A stretch of 63,210 nucleotides of DNA, the filler included, from Hyphochytrium catenoides (Eukaryota; Protista; Hyphochytriomycota), in NCBI GenBank assembly GCA_900088475.1. It is 10 parts of 10 records of this genome, joined end to end, with 100 filler letters (N's around TTAATTAATTAA, not from the genome) between each part and the next. Parts side by side here need not be neighbours in the genome. Positions count along the whole stretch, not along the records: positions 24,302 to 50,175 come from FLMG01004616.1; positions 50,276 to 51,808 come from FLMG01002673.1; positions 51,909 to 54,805 come from FLMG01003757.1; positions 54,906 to 57,799 come from FLMG01002317.1; 6 more parts are not named here. One strand, given 5' to 3'. Shown here piece after piece: positions 44,101-55,600 of the stretch. Both the position numbers and the translations under genes were made by a program. Under the pieces are notes generated by a model. The model saw only the letters and a list, made by a program, of their open reading frames with translations, ran no database searches and was not told the origin of the DNA. Numbering within the stretch: the stretch's first letter is position 1; every line of letters starts with the position of its first letter.

Positions 44101-47100
44101 AGATATGACTCGGGGTAGCCGGAAAGGTAGCGATCAAAGCGCTAAGAAGACAGAGTGAAGCTATTCGAGGGCGGTAGAAACTGTTATCAGCTGGCAAAGA
44201 CGAACGATCCGAAGAAGAATGTTATACGGAAGAGACTCCTTTTCTCTTCAACTTGAACCTGGATAGACATATCCGTACCTGCACACCAAGCCTGAGATCT
44301 CCTTCCTCTTTCAACAACAGACAGAGGAACAGCCCAGCCCTGGCTCTGAGAATAGGGTCGTCCAAATTAATGGCTGAGGAGACCCTCACTACGACCTCCA
44401 AACCGGAACGCAATGTCCTCATAAATGGAGGAGACAGAGAAGACCTCGAAGGGCTTGAAAGGCGACAGACACGCAGCAGCGGACAGTAGAAATGGGAAAG
44501 AGGCTCGTTAACCAATGAGGAAGCTATTTGGCAATGTCGACCATGAGATCGGAGGTCATTGGAATAGACGCGTTACCTCGCCAGATATACTTGCAGGGAG
44601 CTTCGCAGGAAGACGGTCCAAAAGCAGATCACCGCATCTGAAAGAAGATTTCGTCGATGGGTAGAGAGAGTCCTTCCCTCCCCAGTGGTGGCACCAGAAA
44701 GACAATGAACCAGAGTCGAGACGTTCTGGAATCTCTCGTTCCCTGCGCTTTGAATATTTGCCCATGTAGAGCCTGTCTGAGCCGAGGGCTGACTGCTAGC
44801 TTCCCATTCTTGTAAGAAAGCTAGAAGAGCAAGGCAGAGTTCGACCTCCTTAGAATACAACGTGACCTCTGTAGGAGAGAGTTCCGCCGGGCCTCCTTTC
44901 TTCTCGCTGTGGCCTTGCAGTCGGGGCAAGATGCTCGTCAAGACCTCGTTCGCTTGTGGGAAGCGTCTCAGCGTAAAGAGACTTCTTCCCAGCTCTAGCT
45001 GCAGTTTGACTGAAAGGGAGCCTGTAGAGAAATAAATAAAAAGAGAGAGAGAAACAGATAAAGAGAGAGACAGTAAGCATCGACAAGAAAAAGTGTCAGC
45101 ATCTGCAGGAAGGAGATAGCAGTCGCGACTGAAGAATGCCAGACAGAATAGCAAAATTGAGCGGAAGACTGAAAGAAAGAAGGCTGAGAAGACTTCAGCG
45201 CTCTACACAGCTATCACCTTGCTGACCCGCCTTCAAAATCTTCTGAAATAGTGACATAGCAGCCTCTCCTAGCTCTTGAGCTTTCGTCACAGAGATCGCG
45301 TTCAGGTCCTCTAATGGACCGGAGGGAGGGAGGGAAAGGACTCGAAAAGATGAGCAGCAAAGAGAGGAGAGTGATGAGACCAAAGCCTGTAGACTTCGCG
45401 CTGGCTGAGCAGCGTTAGCCTGCTGCAGCGCTTCCACCTCCTATCAGTAAAAGAGAAAGGAGACGACGAAGTCAGGTCTGAGGAGGGACGACAACTCAAA
45501 GGAGCGGAGAAGAGAAGGGCGGACATAGCGGAGAAGACGCAATTGGAAGTTACCAGAGAGGAGAAGAGACCTCTATGTACAGTCTGTGGGATGAGTAAGG
45601 AAGGCTATGAAAGGAGCGAGGAAGACAAAAGAGGCAGAATTGTATGGACCTAGTGTCAAAAGACGTGTGATAAAGTGCACAATAAGAGAGTGAGAGAGAA
45701 AGCCGGAAGAAGAAGGTGGTGTCGTCACCTTCGCCGTGTCAAAAAGAAGTAGCCTGTTCCGCAGTCTGGCAAGAGAATAGCGCCCTTCAACCTCCACCAG
45801 AGCTGCTTGGACCTCACTTGGAAGGGGTAGGTCCAGCTCTTCCTCTCTCCTGGTTCGAGATGCCATATCTTGGGCCCGGTGGATGGCTCTCCCAGCACAT
45901 TGAAGGTAATATTCTCGATCGGCTGTAAAGCAGACAACGCCGTGCAGGAGTGGGAGAGAAACAGAGGGAGCGAGGGCATGAGGAGCATGGTAACAACAGC
46001 AAGCGGGCAAAGTGGGAAGGACAACGAGAGAGAAAGAAGAATGAGGGCCACTGCTGAAAAGAAAATACTCAGCCACAAGGCAAAACTAAGATTCTTTGCC
46101 ATTGCCAACATGTGGAAGAAACGATCGAAAAGGCAGCTTGGTTTACTATAGAAAGAGACAGCGGCAAAAAGAAAGATGTAGAGGATGGTTAAAGGAGAAC
46201 AGAGAGAGAGAAAGAGGACCTTGTGAGGTAGCTGCTTTGCTGGCAAGCTCTTCATAGCAGCGCACCACAGCCAAGTACAGCGTGCAGTGCCAACGGAGAT
46301 GCCGCCAGCCGCTAAGATTGACAACCGCCTCCAGGGCCAAGATGCTCCAGTTCAGATATTCGATAACCTTGAAGTCAAGAGAGAGAGTGGCGATGAAGAA
46401 CGAAGCCAGCTAAGATAGTATGCGGGCGGACTAAAGGTCTGTCAAGCAGGCTGCTTATAGAAGAAGAGAGACAATGCGAGAGAGGAGACTGGGCGGCAAA
46501 TAAGACCTTCCTCCTCTGCGTCTCACACGATAGCCTCTCCTTCGTCTCTCTTCTGTTCCACGTTTCGGGAACTCTCTCCTATCTCGTACTTCAAATATAT
46601 TACACGGCAGTCCTTCCTTTCATTCTTCCTCTTCCTTACTCTTACCTCACGCTGGAAGCCTGCGGTGGCAAGGACTTCGGAGATGCTAAAGATGAAGCTG
46701 GTAGCGTTATGGATGATCCAGTTGTTCTTCTCTCTCAAGTGTACCCATTTCGCGTTTGCATAGAAGAGAGAACAGGCACCTCTCAGCTCCTCCAGCGCTT
46801 GCAACAGCCCGTTGACTGTCCGCCTATACCTTAGATCACTGTCGGAAGTGCCGAGAGCCTGGACCTGTGTCATCGTACGGGAGAGAGAGGCCTTGATAAT
46901 CGTAGGCAGTGTACACTCTTTCCTGAGGAGGGCGAAAGAAAGAGTGCGAAGGGCGTAAAGCGGATGACAGTGGAAAAAGAGAGACCTAGGGCATGTGCAG
47001 GCGGAAGGATGGAAGAGAGGGAAGACTTAAAGGGTTAGAGAAAAGAAAGTAGGTCTCAAAAGCAGAGTCCAGTGTCAAAGCAGTGGAGCACTAAACATCG

Positions 47101-47469
47101 GAAAGATAGAGAGACGAGAAAAGAGAGGAGATAGAAAAGAGAGAGAGAGAGAGATCTAGGACGAAGCGATTCATCACCCTTTCAGCGCCTCCTCGGGAGT
47201 GGGGAGAGAGCACGTGAAGCACATCTCAGCTGCCATCCGAGTCTCCCCAAGCTTCGCGAGCTGTTCTCCGAAGGAGTAGAGGCACTCAGAGACCACGGCC
47301 TCATCGTCCGTCCGCTGAAGATCTTTAAGCAGCTTCTGCAGCTTCTCCAGCTCTGCAGTCCCGCCTCCTCCCACCTGAGAACAAGGGCTCTGAGACGGCG
47401 GCTACCTCTTTAATATAGACCTTCCCAAGGCTTTGTAACAGGCCCTTGACGTGTCTCTCCCTCTCTGTT

Positions 47470-47506
<37 letters not shown>

Positions 47507-47877
47507 CTCCCTCTCTCTTGGCATCTCTTTTTGTCACTCTTCCTACTTCCCACTCTCTCTATCTGTATGTCGCCCTCCCGTTAATCATGATCGCCTTATC
47601 TACTTGTCTTTCTCTCTTTTTGTCTTCTTTCTTCTTTCTCCTCAGCTCTATCTCCCCGGCAGCCCTTCTCCTTGCTCTATCTTCAGTTCAAGCTCCTCAA
47701 CGTATGGTCGCCGCTCTAAAAAAGACTTTGTACCTCCACATCCTGTGGCAGCGTCTGCCGTTTCTCCTGAAGCTTGAAGAGCACGTCTTTCTGGAACTCT
47801 TTCTCCAGTCGCGCAACCAGCGCCGCCGTGTCGTCCTGAGAAGAAGGAAGAACGCTCTTCTTGGTCCGAGCAGGCAT
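29121..47877 (-). CDS. CFAP54: Cilia- and flagella-associated protein 54-like (central-pair C1d component), very large multi-exon gene
   Basis: Segments resembling CFAP54 as I recall it: WIIHNATSFIFSISEVL, WRHLRWHCTLYLAVVRCYE, VAYYRLFGK..DVTASNTEIRGTGEKIPA..LCPNERYVFAVAAYNEKG..AVGETTAAIETFLPLS, and a C-terminal LQGLFDPSQGLQITHEPLCTWIR followed by TAG at 29121-29123. First exon MPARTKKS..QDVE|gt starts at 47877. Not all internal exon boundaries were resolved. Confidence 0.85.
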
Positions 47878-48105
47878 CTCTCCTGCTGCTCGTGGCTTGT
47901 CTTTTCAGCAGGAGAGCAAAGTTCTCTGCGCCTTAGGCGGCCAACATACTTAAACTTCGCCTAATGATTGATCAGAAAGATGTTGTTGTCGGGTCTCCGT
48001 CTCCGCCCGATGGCCTTCCACGAAGTTTCCGGGAAGAATGAGCCCGAACGAAGGTTGAAGCTCATGACGGAGACATGCCAACAGGAGAGGGGGCGGGGGC
48101 GCGCA

Positions 48106-48409
48106 AGAGAAAGAGAAAGAGAAAGAGAAAGAGAGAGAGAGAGAAAGAGAGAGAGGGAGAGAGAGAGAGAGAGAGAGAGAGAAAGAAAGAGAGAAAGAAA
48201 GAGAGAGAGAGAATGCCCTTTCAACTTCGACATGATGCCCTTTAGGCCCACGCGAGCCCTTTAATTTTAGAGAGAGATATTGAGAGAGCTAAGCGGACCT
48301 CATGCTTAAAGCTATCCTCCTATTATTTTGGACTGCTTCTGATGCAATTTTCGGTAGTTGAACCTCATACAGAAGACGTGGCTGAGCGAAAACGAGTGTG
48401 AGCGGGCGC

Positions 48410-48464
<55 letters not shown>

Positions 48465-48498
48465 GCAGGGAGAGAAACAGAGAGAGAGAGAGATACGC

Positions 48499-48541
<43 letters not shown>

Positions 48542-48545
48542 AAGG
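48106..48545. repeat. (GA)n microsatellite tracts in the ~1-kb divergent intergenic region between the CFAP54-like and MOCOS-like genes
   Basis: Directly visible; the flanking genes are head-to-head (ATG at 47877 on minus, ~48909/48933 on plus). Confidence 0.85.
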
Positions 48546-48908
48546 GGACAGTGTAGGAGAGAGCAGGAGAGAGATCAGTTGTCACATGAGGAGGTACCAG
48601 CGGAGGAGGAGAAGAGGGAAGGTCGTCACAACTTCAAGGCAGGCCCGAGGACGAGGACCAAGCCAACATAGTCCTTCAGCTGTTGCACTTGCTTGGCCTC
48701 TCAGCCCAGGGGAAACTAGAAGGCAGGGAGAGTCCGGCAGAGTAGGAATAGAGAGAGAGACGAAGAGAGAGAAGAGGGAGACATAAAGAGAGAGAGAAAG
48801 ACGTGACAGCGCCGGGTTGCTGGCTTCTGGGCAGCAAGTGAACGGGAGAAGAGGCTGCTGGGAAAGGAGCAAGCTTAGAGGTCCCACTCTCATTTGGCCT
48901 GTCTGCCC

Positions 48909-50175
48909 ATGGGAGAGAGGAAGGGCGGTGCCATGCAGACCTTGGAAGAGGCGAAAGCTGCTTTCTGTGAAGCGGAGGAGCACTACGGACTTGGCAGAGG
49001 AGAGCGCTTCTTTGATAACTTCCGCGAACGGAACTTCTCCCGCCTCGGAGGTACTGGGAGAACCGCTGCAGAGGGCAAACAGAGAAAGTGGGACATAGAC
49101 AGGAGAGAAACGGGAGAGAAAGAGAGAGAGAGGTTGCAGGAGAGCGGAGAGAGGGATCAGCCGCTGGACACGCTGCATATTTCAAGAGCAGAGAGCGAGA
49201 TAGTGGATGTGTGAAAGGAGAAAAACAGAGAGAGAAGAGAAATAGAGAGATAAGATAGGTAAGGAGGAGAACAACGCGAGAACAAATGTGAGTGAGATGT
49301 ACACAGAGAGAGCACTAAGAATTGTGAGACGAGAAGAGAAGAAGTTGGAAAGCAGAGCAATTGTTTCCTAGAGACGAAGGAGAAAGGAATTCGTCAATGG
49401 ACGTAGAGAGAGCCACAAAGAGACAGTGGGAGGGGAAACAAATCGCTCACTTACTCTCATCCTCTCTCTTCTCTCTGCAGACGCTGTGTACCTGGATTAT
49501 GCGGGCGCTGCGCTATATCCCTCAGAGCTCGTGGAGAAGGCGGCTGCGGAGCTGGGAAGCTCGCTTATAGGCAATCCTCGTACGTCAGGGGTCTCCTTTC
49601 TCATTTCTTTTCTTTCTCTCTCTCTCTCTCTCTCTCTGTCTGTCTCTTTGGATGCAGATGGTTTCCAATCGTTCCCCTTGCGTCTCCTTCCAGTCTCCTC
49701 TCATGCTCTCGAGCTCCCACTCTTCACTCATTGTCCTCTCCATGAAGAATATTGCTACCTTTATCGCTGTTTTCTCTCTCCTCCACACTCCTTCGTTCTC
49801 TCTCTTCCTGCTCTCTCTTCTCTCCCTTCTCACTCTCATTTTCTCTTCTCTCAATCTTTCTCTCTTTCTCTCCTTTCTCTCTCTCTCTTTTTTCTTCTTG
49901 TCTCCCTCCTTTCTCATTTTCTTTCTCTCTTGCCGGTCACCTTGCTCGCTTGTCCGTCTTTCTTGCTCTCTCTGATCTCCCCCTGATCCCGTGACTCCCC
50001 CGTCACTGTTCCGTGGCACTGTCTCTTTCCTGTTCGACCGTCATTTTGGTGTCTTGGCGTCTCTCTCTAATGTTACATCACTCTTCCCTTGCACTAAAAT
50101 AATCTTGCCTCGTGCGTCTTTCTCACGTTTAGATAGTGCAGGAGGCGCAGGAGAAGCCTCACGGTTGGTGCTGGA
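48909..50175 (+). CDS. MOCOS: Molybdenum cofactor sulfurase-like (class-V PLP aminotransferase) N-terminus; exons ~48909-49050, 49481-49579, 50133->50175; truncated by contig end
   Basis: Spliced reading ..HYGLG..FRERNFSRLG|DAVYLDYAGAALYPSELV..LIGNP|HSAG restores the family motifs YLD(H/Y)AG and GNPHS across GT-AG introns. Confidence 0.82.
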
Positions 50176-50631
50176 NNNNNNNNNNNNNNNNNNNNNNNNN
50201 NNNNNNNNNNNNNNNNNNNTTAATTAATTAANNNNNNNNNNNNNNNNNNNNNNNNNNNNNNNNNNNNNNNNNNNNCGGCCTGACTGTGACGGGGAAAAGG
50301 GAAAAGGAGATTCTGATTAAGGTCGCAGCGATGACAGTGACCGATAGAGCTTCAGAAAATCTGGCAAAAGAGATTGATCTTCACTCAGTCCGTTGTCAGA
50401 AACTTTGTGAATTAGTGTGGAGGCAGGCGGGATCAAGCCGCCCTCAAAAGCTACCCAAGACATAAAGGGGACTGTGGAGTAGCGCAAGACATAGAGAGGG
50501 CTGTGAAGTAGCGTTTTGCACTTCTTCGCTTTTCGTGAATATCTATTGACAGGTGTCGCGGATGGCAACTTTAGGAGGTGGCTTTAGTTGACAATCTTTC
50601 ATTGAAGCGGGTTGCGAATCAGGCTGGGAAT

Positions 50632-51808
50632 ATGACCACGACCGTAGGCGCCCCGGAGAATTCTCCCTCGATGGACCTCGACGTGAGCTTTAATGGGATC
50701 GATGATTCCATTGATATCAATGACGTTGAGGACTTCCTAGACGACTATCTGAACAGCGAGGAGTCCTTGTCGTTTGACCACTTCAGTGTTGAGACAGGAA
50801 AGTCTTTTGAGGACAATGTCAGCACTCCTGAGTCTTCTATTGTCGATACACCCTCCGATGGCGCAACCGATGTGGACGAGCTTTCTGCGTCAGACCACGA
50901 TGTGAAGATTACCAGGAAGGCTCAGAGGCCCCGTCAGAGTCAGTATCGTGGTGTCAGCCGGGTCAACGGTGCCACCTGGGGTGCGAAGTACTCTTCGACG
51001 CGCATTGGCTGGAACTTCAAGTCCGAAGAGGAAGCTGCTAAGGTATGCTGAGTTGCCCTGTAGCGTCTTTTTGATACCTTTTTTGTCTGTCTCGCAATTT
51101 TCTGAGGCTCACCGCGCTTTACTCGTTGATTATCAGGCCTACGATGACTTTCTTCTGAAGCATTATCCAAAGAAGCACAGTCAGTATTGTAACTTCTGCC
51201 CACAGTGCGGGCTGTTTAGAAACCCGTTGGGTCTGAAGGAGGCAGTAAGGGTCTGCCAGTGCAACACTGGCAAGGTTCCCTCTTCGGTCCATTTGACGTT
51301 GCCAAAGAAAGCTCTTTCTACTGTGGCGGAAGAGATAGAGGTACCTCTGCTGCTTCCTTTTCACTGATCCCTGCTTCTTACAAGATTCCCACTTACTTCT
51401 TTTGACGCTCCTCTACTGACCGTTCTTCAGCTATAATTAGTCCTTGAAAGGGCCGTAGCTTGTCGCGCATACTGGCTCGTTCACACACCAAACCTAACCC
51501 CTTGCTGTTTTTAACAGGCCCCTACCCAGAACACAACGCCAACGGCACCCGTCTCTGCTTTCACGACATCTTCCTACACCGAAGATGAGCTCTCACCAGG
51601 AGACGTTGTCTCTGTAACATTTAAAACCAGCTTTCTGACGAAATATTGGAGAAACGCGAGGAGGAATATCCAATGCTTCCCTTACTGTGCTGAGTTCGGT
51701 GACTTCTTTTCCATGAAACTTAGTGATGCCAAGCACAGGAATCCGGGCGCGTGCAAGAGCAGTGTTCTTTGTAGGCTTGTGGGGCCCATCGTGTACCCGG
51801 AGGAGACA
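50632..51808 (+). CDS. AP2/ERF-domain putative transcription factor with a Cys4 cluster and a second conserved-looking domain; exons 50632-51042, 51137-51340, 51518->51808 (truncated)
   Basis: SQYRGVSRVNGATWGAKY..FKSEEEAAK|AYDDF..NF fits the AP2 consensus (YRGV..W.A...F.TEEEAARAYD..NF). Acidic N-terminus, followed by CPQC..CQC and YWRNARRNIQCFPYCAEFGDFF. Confidence 0.8.
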
Positions 51809-51908
51809 NNNNNNNNNNNNNNNNNNNNNNNNNNNNNNNNNNNNNNNNNNNNTTAATTAATTAANNNNNNNNNNNNNNNNNNNNNNNNNNNNNNNNNNNN
51901 NNNNNNNN

Positions 51909-52612
51909 GGAGTAGGTGCAGGTGTCTGAGGTAGGAATTGTGGCTGACTGTCCAGCTGGTGGCTGGTATTATTGGCAGTCTTGCGGGCAGCATTATTACG
52001 GAGCTTCTCCTGCAGCAATCTCGAAGGCCGTAAGATGACCTGACCTGGCATGCGCCAACCCTTATGACAGCTAGCTGCTGGTGCCTTATTGGGAGCCAGA
52101 TTGCGGTGTGGCAGTTGTGAGAGTGCTCTGCTTAGAGTCAAAGAATAATTGGATGTGGAAGGAGAAGCACCCATTGGCGAGTCTGTTGAAGCAGCGGGTA
52201 GACTTGGAGCTGGTTCCTCTTGTGGTTCTTGGTCCTTCGCGGTCTCTTCGCATTCGCTCTCTTTTGATGTCCTGCTGCAGAGTACGGGAGAAGACGAGAG
52301 GTGGGACAGAAGAAAGAGGGTGAGCATAGCAACCATGAGAGTATTTATCCATACCGCAGCGACGCTTGGGTCCCTGGAGAGACAGTCGAGCGCCAGTCGT
52401 GGACAAATCTCCGCCAATGTGATTCCGCTTAGGAGGCAAACGGGGAGAGATCGAGGAGAGTCCATCCTGTCCTGCTCGTTGTGCGGCAATGTGGGCGGGG
52501 TACGTTATGGCTTTGGAAGCTGCTTGAGTCTGCGCTGTCTGTTTATGGAGATATGTAGCGAAGAGCTTTGAAGATCGCTTGCCAGGATTGAAGAGTTTGG
52601 CAAACTGAGGCT
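51909..52612 (-). CDS. Hypothetical low-complexity protein exons (fragment)
   Basis: Branch-point-like CTGCTAAC plus an acceptor at ~52613 precedes an open frame PQFAKLFNPGKRSSKLFATYLHKQ...GPKRRC|gtatgg. Further basic-rich open frames run down to the contig end. No homology recognised. Confidence 0.3.
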
Positions 52613-55600
52613 TGTGATGAGGAAGCAGGTTAGCAGGACTTGCCCATAGACAGGGGTTCGCAGTGCTACAAGCCGGCGGCCCTTCTGTCCTTTGTCAAGT
52701 CAACGACCGTTGGACGAGTTTCCCGCGCTTTCGCGTCTCCTCCTCCACCCACCGCTGTCTGCACGTATGGAAGCCGCTTCACTTGTTTTTATTCCGTGTC
52801 TGCCTTGGCGTTGGCTTGAGCTTGTCATTGAGAAGGATGCCAATGTGCCTAGCCGTCCTTGTCTCACCACTGTATATATCTTTCTCGCTCTCTTCTCTCT
52901 CCCTTCTTCCCTCGCTTCTCTTGTCTCACCACTATCTCTCTTCTCTCTCCCCTCTCTCACTTCTCTTTTCTCATCACTCTCTCTCCCCTGCCTACTTCTC
53001 CTCTCTCGCTTTCTCTTTCTCGCCACTCTATCTCTCTCTCTATTCTCTCTCTTTCTTCTCTCTCTCCCTTTCTCTATTCTCTAATATTGTAACACATTCT
53101 TCCAGAGGTCAGAAGGCGGGTGGGATCACAAGAACCAGAAGAAGTTTCTTATAGTGTCCCTAACTGGTATCCAAGGACGGCCTTAGAGAAGAAGGCGGTC
53201 AAGCGGCAGGAAGCCAGGCACCTGGAAGCTCAGGGTGAGGACCGCCTTAAGGGTACTGAACCGGGCGGATGGGCGATCACTAAGGCTAAGTTAGTCACTA
53301 TGAAAAGCTTAGAATGGGTGGGACCCCATGTGTCCTCCCCGCTATAGGGGCCACTGGGGTTCCAGCTATGGGGAGGAGTGGGTGGGCAGGTCAGAAGGAG
53401 GGGAGGCTTATGTAAAACGGTATTGGGCCGCCTTCAGGGTTAACCTCTACGGCCGCCAGTAGCCGCCACCGTCCGGACTGTCCCATATAGAGACAACCTC
53501 CTCCTGCGCCCTCAGCTCCTGTCGGCCGGAGGTACAGATGTAATGCTTCACTCGAACAGTCGGCAGTATTGATGTGTCCCGCCAGTTCAGGTTTAATTGT
53601 CCATGAAGTCTTTTGGCGGGAAGGAAGGGCGTGGACAATTTATCCGCGGGTCAGTGTGAGGAGCGTTAATAGTAGCAGGTCCAGTATATACCTGGACTGG
53701 ACCACGAACCTCCAGGAGGCGACCCCTCGCTTTTGTTGGTGGCTAAATATACCTATGGCAAACTGTCCCCAATGGACAAGGGGAGGCAGGGTTTATAAGC
53801 CCGGGCCGATCTCCAACTCTCAACAAGTCACAGCAGTAGTGACGGCGGTAGAGTGTCCACTTGGTGCATGTCCGCGATCTTGGGATGAGAGATCAAGACG
53901 CAGGAGGACCAAGACTTTCCGCTCTCTTTTTTCTTCAAATTTGAGCTTTTTTCTCGATATTGATCTCTAAGTCTGCCAGCGCTTGGTAACCAGGAATCTC
54001 TCTGCTCGGTCCTTTCAGGGATAATGGAGATAAGCTCAGTAGCTGGTGGTGTGCGCTATGTGATGCATCCAGTCTGCTAATTTATGCGCAACACTAGAGA
54101 TTGTAGTTGAACAGCGGGATCAAGAGCGGGGACCATTGGAAAATATAAAGCTGGGCAAAGGATCAAGAGAGTTTGTGTTTATGGCTAAGCGGTCTCACGT
54201 GTCTCTGCTGTGTACGTTCGCTATCCCGTCGCGCTTACGCATAAATGCTTTGAGGAGCGGAAGGTGGCCGCTATGCCTTCGGCTAGCCGTTGGCCACAAT
54301 AAAGATGAAGCTGACTTAAGGATACTAAACAAATTGCTAGAGTTATGCTTGAGCACTATACTCCCTCGCTATGCATATACTATTAGCCGACTGTCCTGCG
54401 CCGCCGCATATTAGTTCAGACCTGTGACAAGAGGGCATAGGTTATCCTTATGAGTTCCTTTCTTGCCATGAGAAATCTTATGATATACTTGGCCGAACTG
54501 GCGAGATCTCTAAAATAGTTGACCATAATTGGGCTCTCTCAACAAGAAAAGTAGGAATCAAGCTCCACATCTCCTACCACGTGCCTTGCCTTCCTCTATC
54601 ATTCGCGACACTAATACTATACGGGCGGCGTCACAGATAGATGAAATAGCGTTGGTTTTCTTGAGCAGTCAACAGCCCTATTCGTTTTGAGCATACAAAC
54701 ATATTTCTACGAACGGTAGCCACATACATATTTGGCTTCTACTCAGTAGACAAAATCAGGCCACAATAGTCATGCTCTGGACTCTGTTTGTGCCTTTGTT
54801 TCAGCNNNNNNNNNNNNNNNNNNNNNNNNNNNNNNNNNNNNNNNNNNNNTTAATTAATTAANNNNNNNNNNNNNNNNNNNNNNNNNNNNNNNNNNNNNNN
54901 NNNNNTTGATACCAATGCGAACCATGGTTCTTGAGTGTTAGATGAGCGTTTGCAAGTTAGCAAAAGGATGTGCTTATTATCCTCAGAGAGAAAATTGGAA
55001 ACTGAGCTGATGAGCAAGATCTTGTCCTGTCTTCTCTTCCGTGTTCTTCTCTGGGAAGGAAGGGCAAGGGAGCGAGGGACCACCAAGGTCAAGAGGCTGT
55101 TATTACATGCGACAAAGCCAGAGACGGCAGAATCTTTGTGCAGGAAGATGATAGACCGAGATCTTTCTGACCCGCCCGCCTACCCACCTCGTCAAGGGTA
55201 TTCGGAAGTGTGTGGGTTTGTATTCTCGTGTGTTTGCCACACACCTGATAGCTAAACCAGTAAGAGAAAAGCAATTAGGCAGGTAGTCAACAAGCTCACT
55301 CAATCTCTACCACAGATCAGGACATGGCACCCACCCACCCTATAGATTGGAGGTGGGTGACGCCAAGACAGAACGTCCGGATCTCGAATATCATGTTTCT
55401 GGTTCGGAACAGATCTGCCTACATTCCTGACAGTGTGTTCAACGAAGCTCTTGATGGGAATGAGAAGGAATGAGAGATGAAGGAACGACACAGCGGGGAA
55501 GGGAAGGGGCGGGGAGAGTAAGATTTGGCTCCTTCTCCTCCCTCTCTTTATGAGGGCTTTGATTAGAGGGCACAAAGACTAGGCTGTTGCAGGCGTAACC

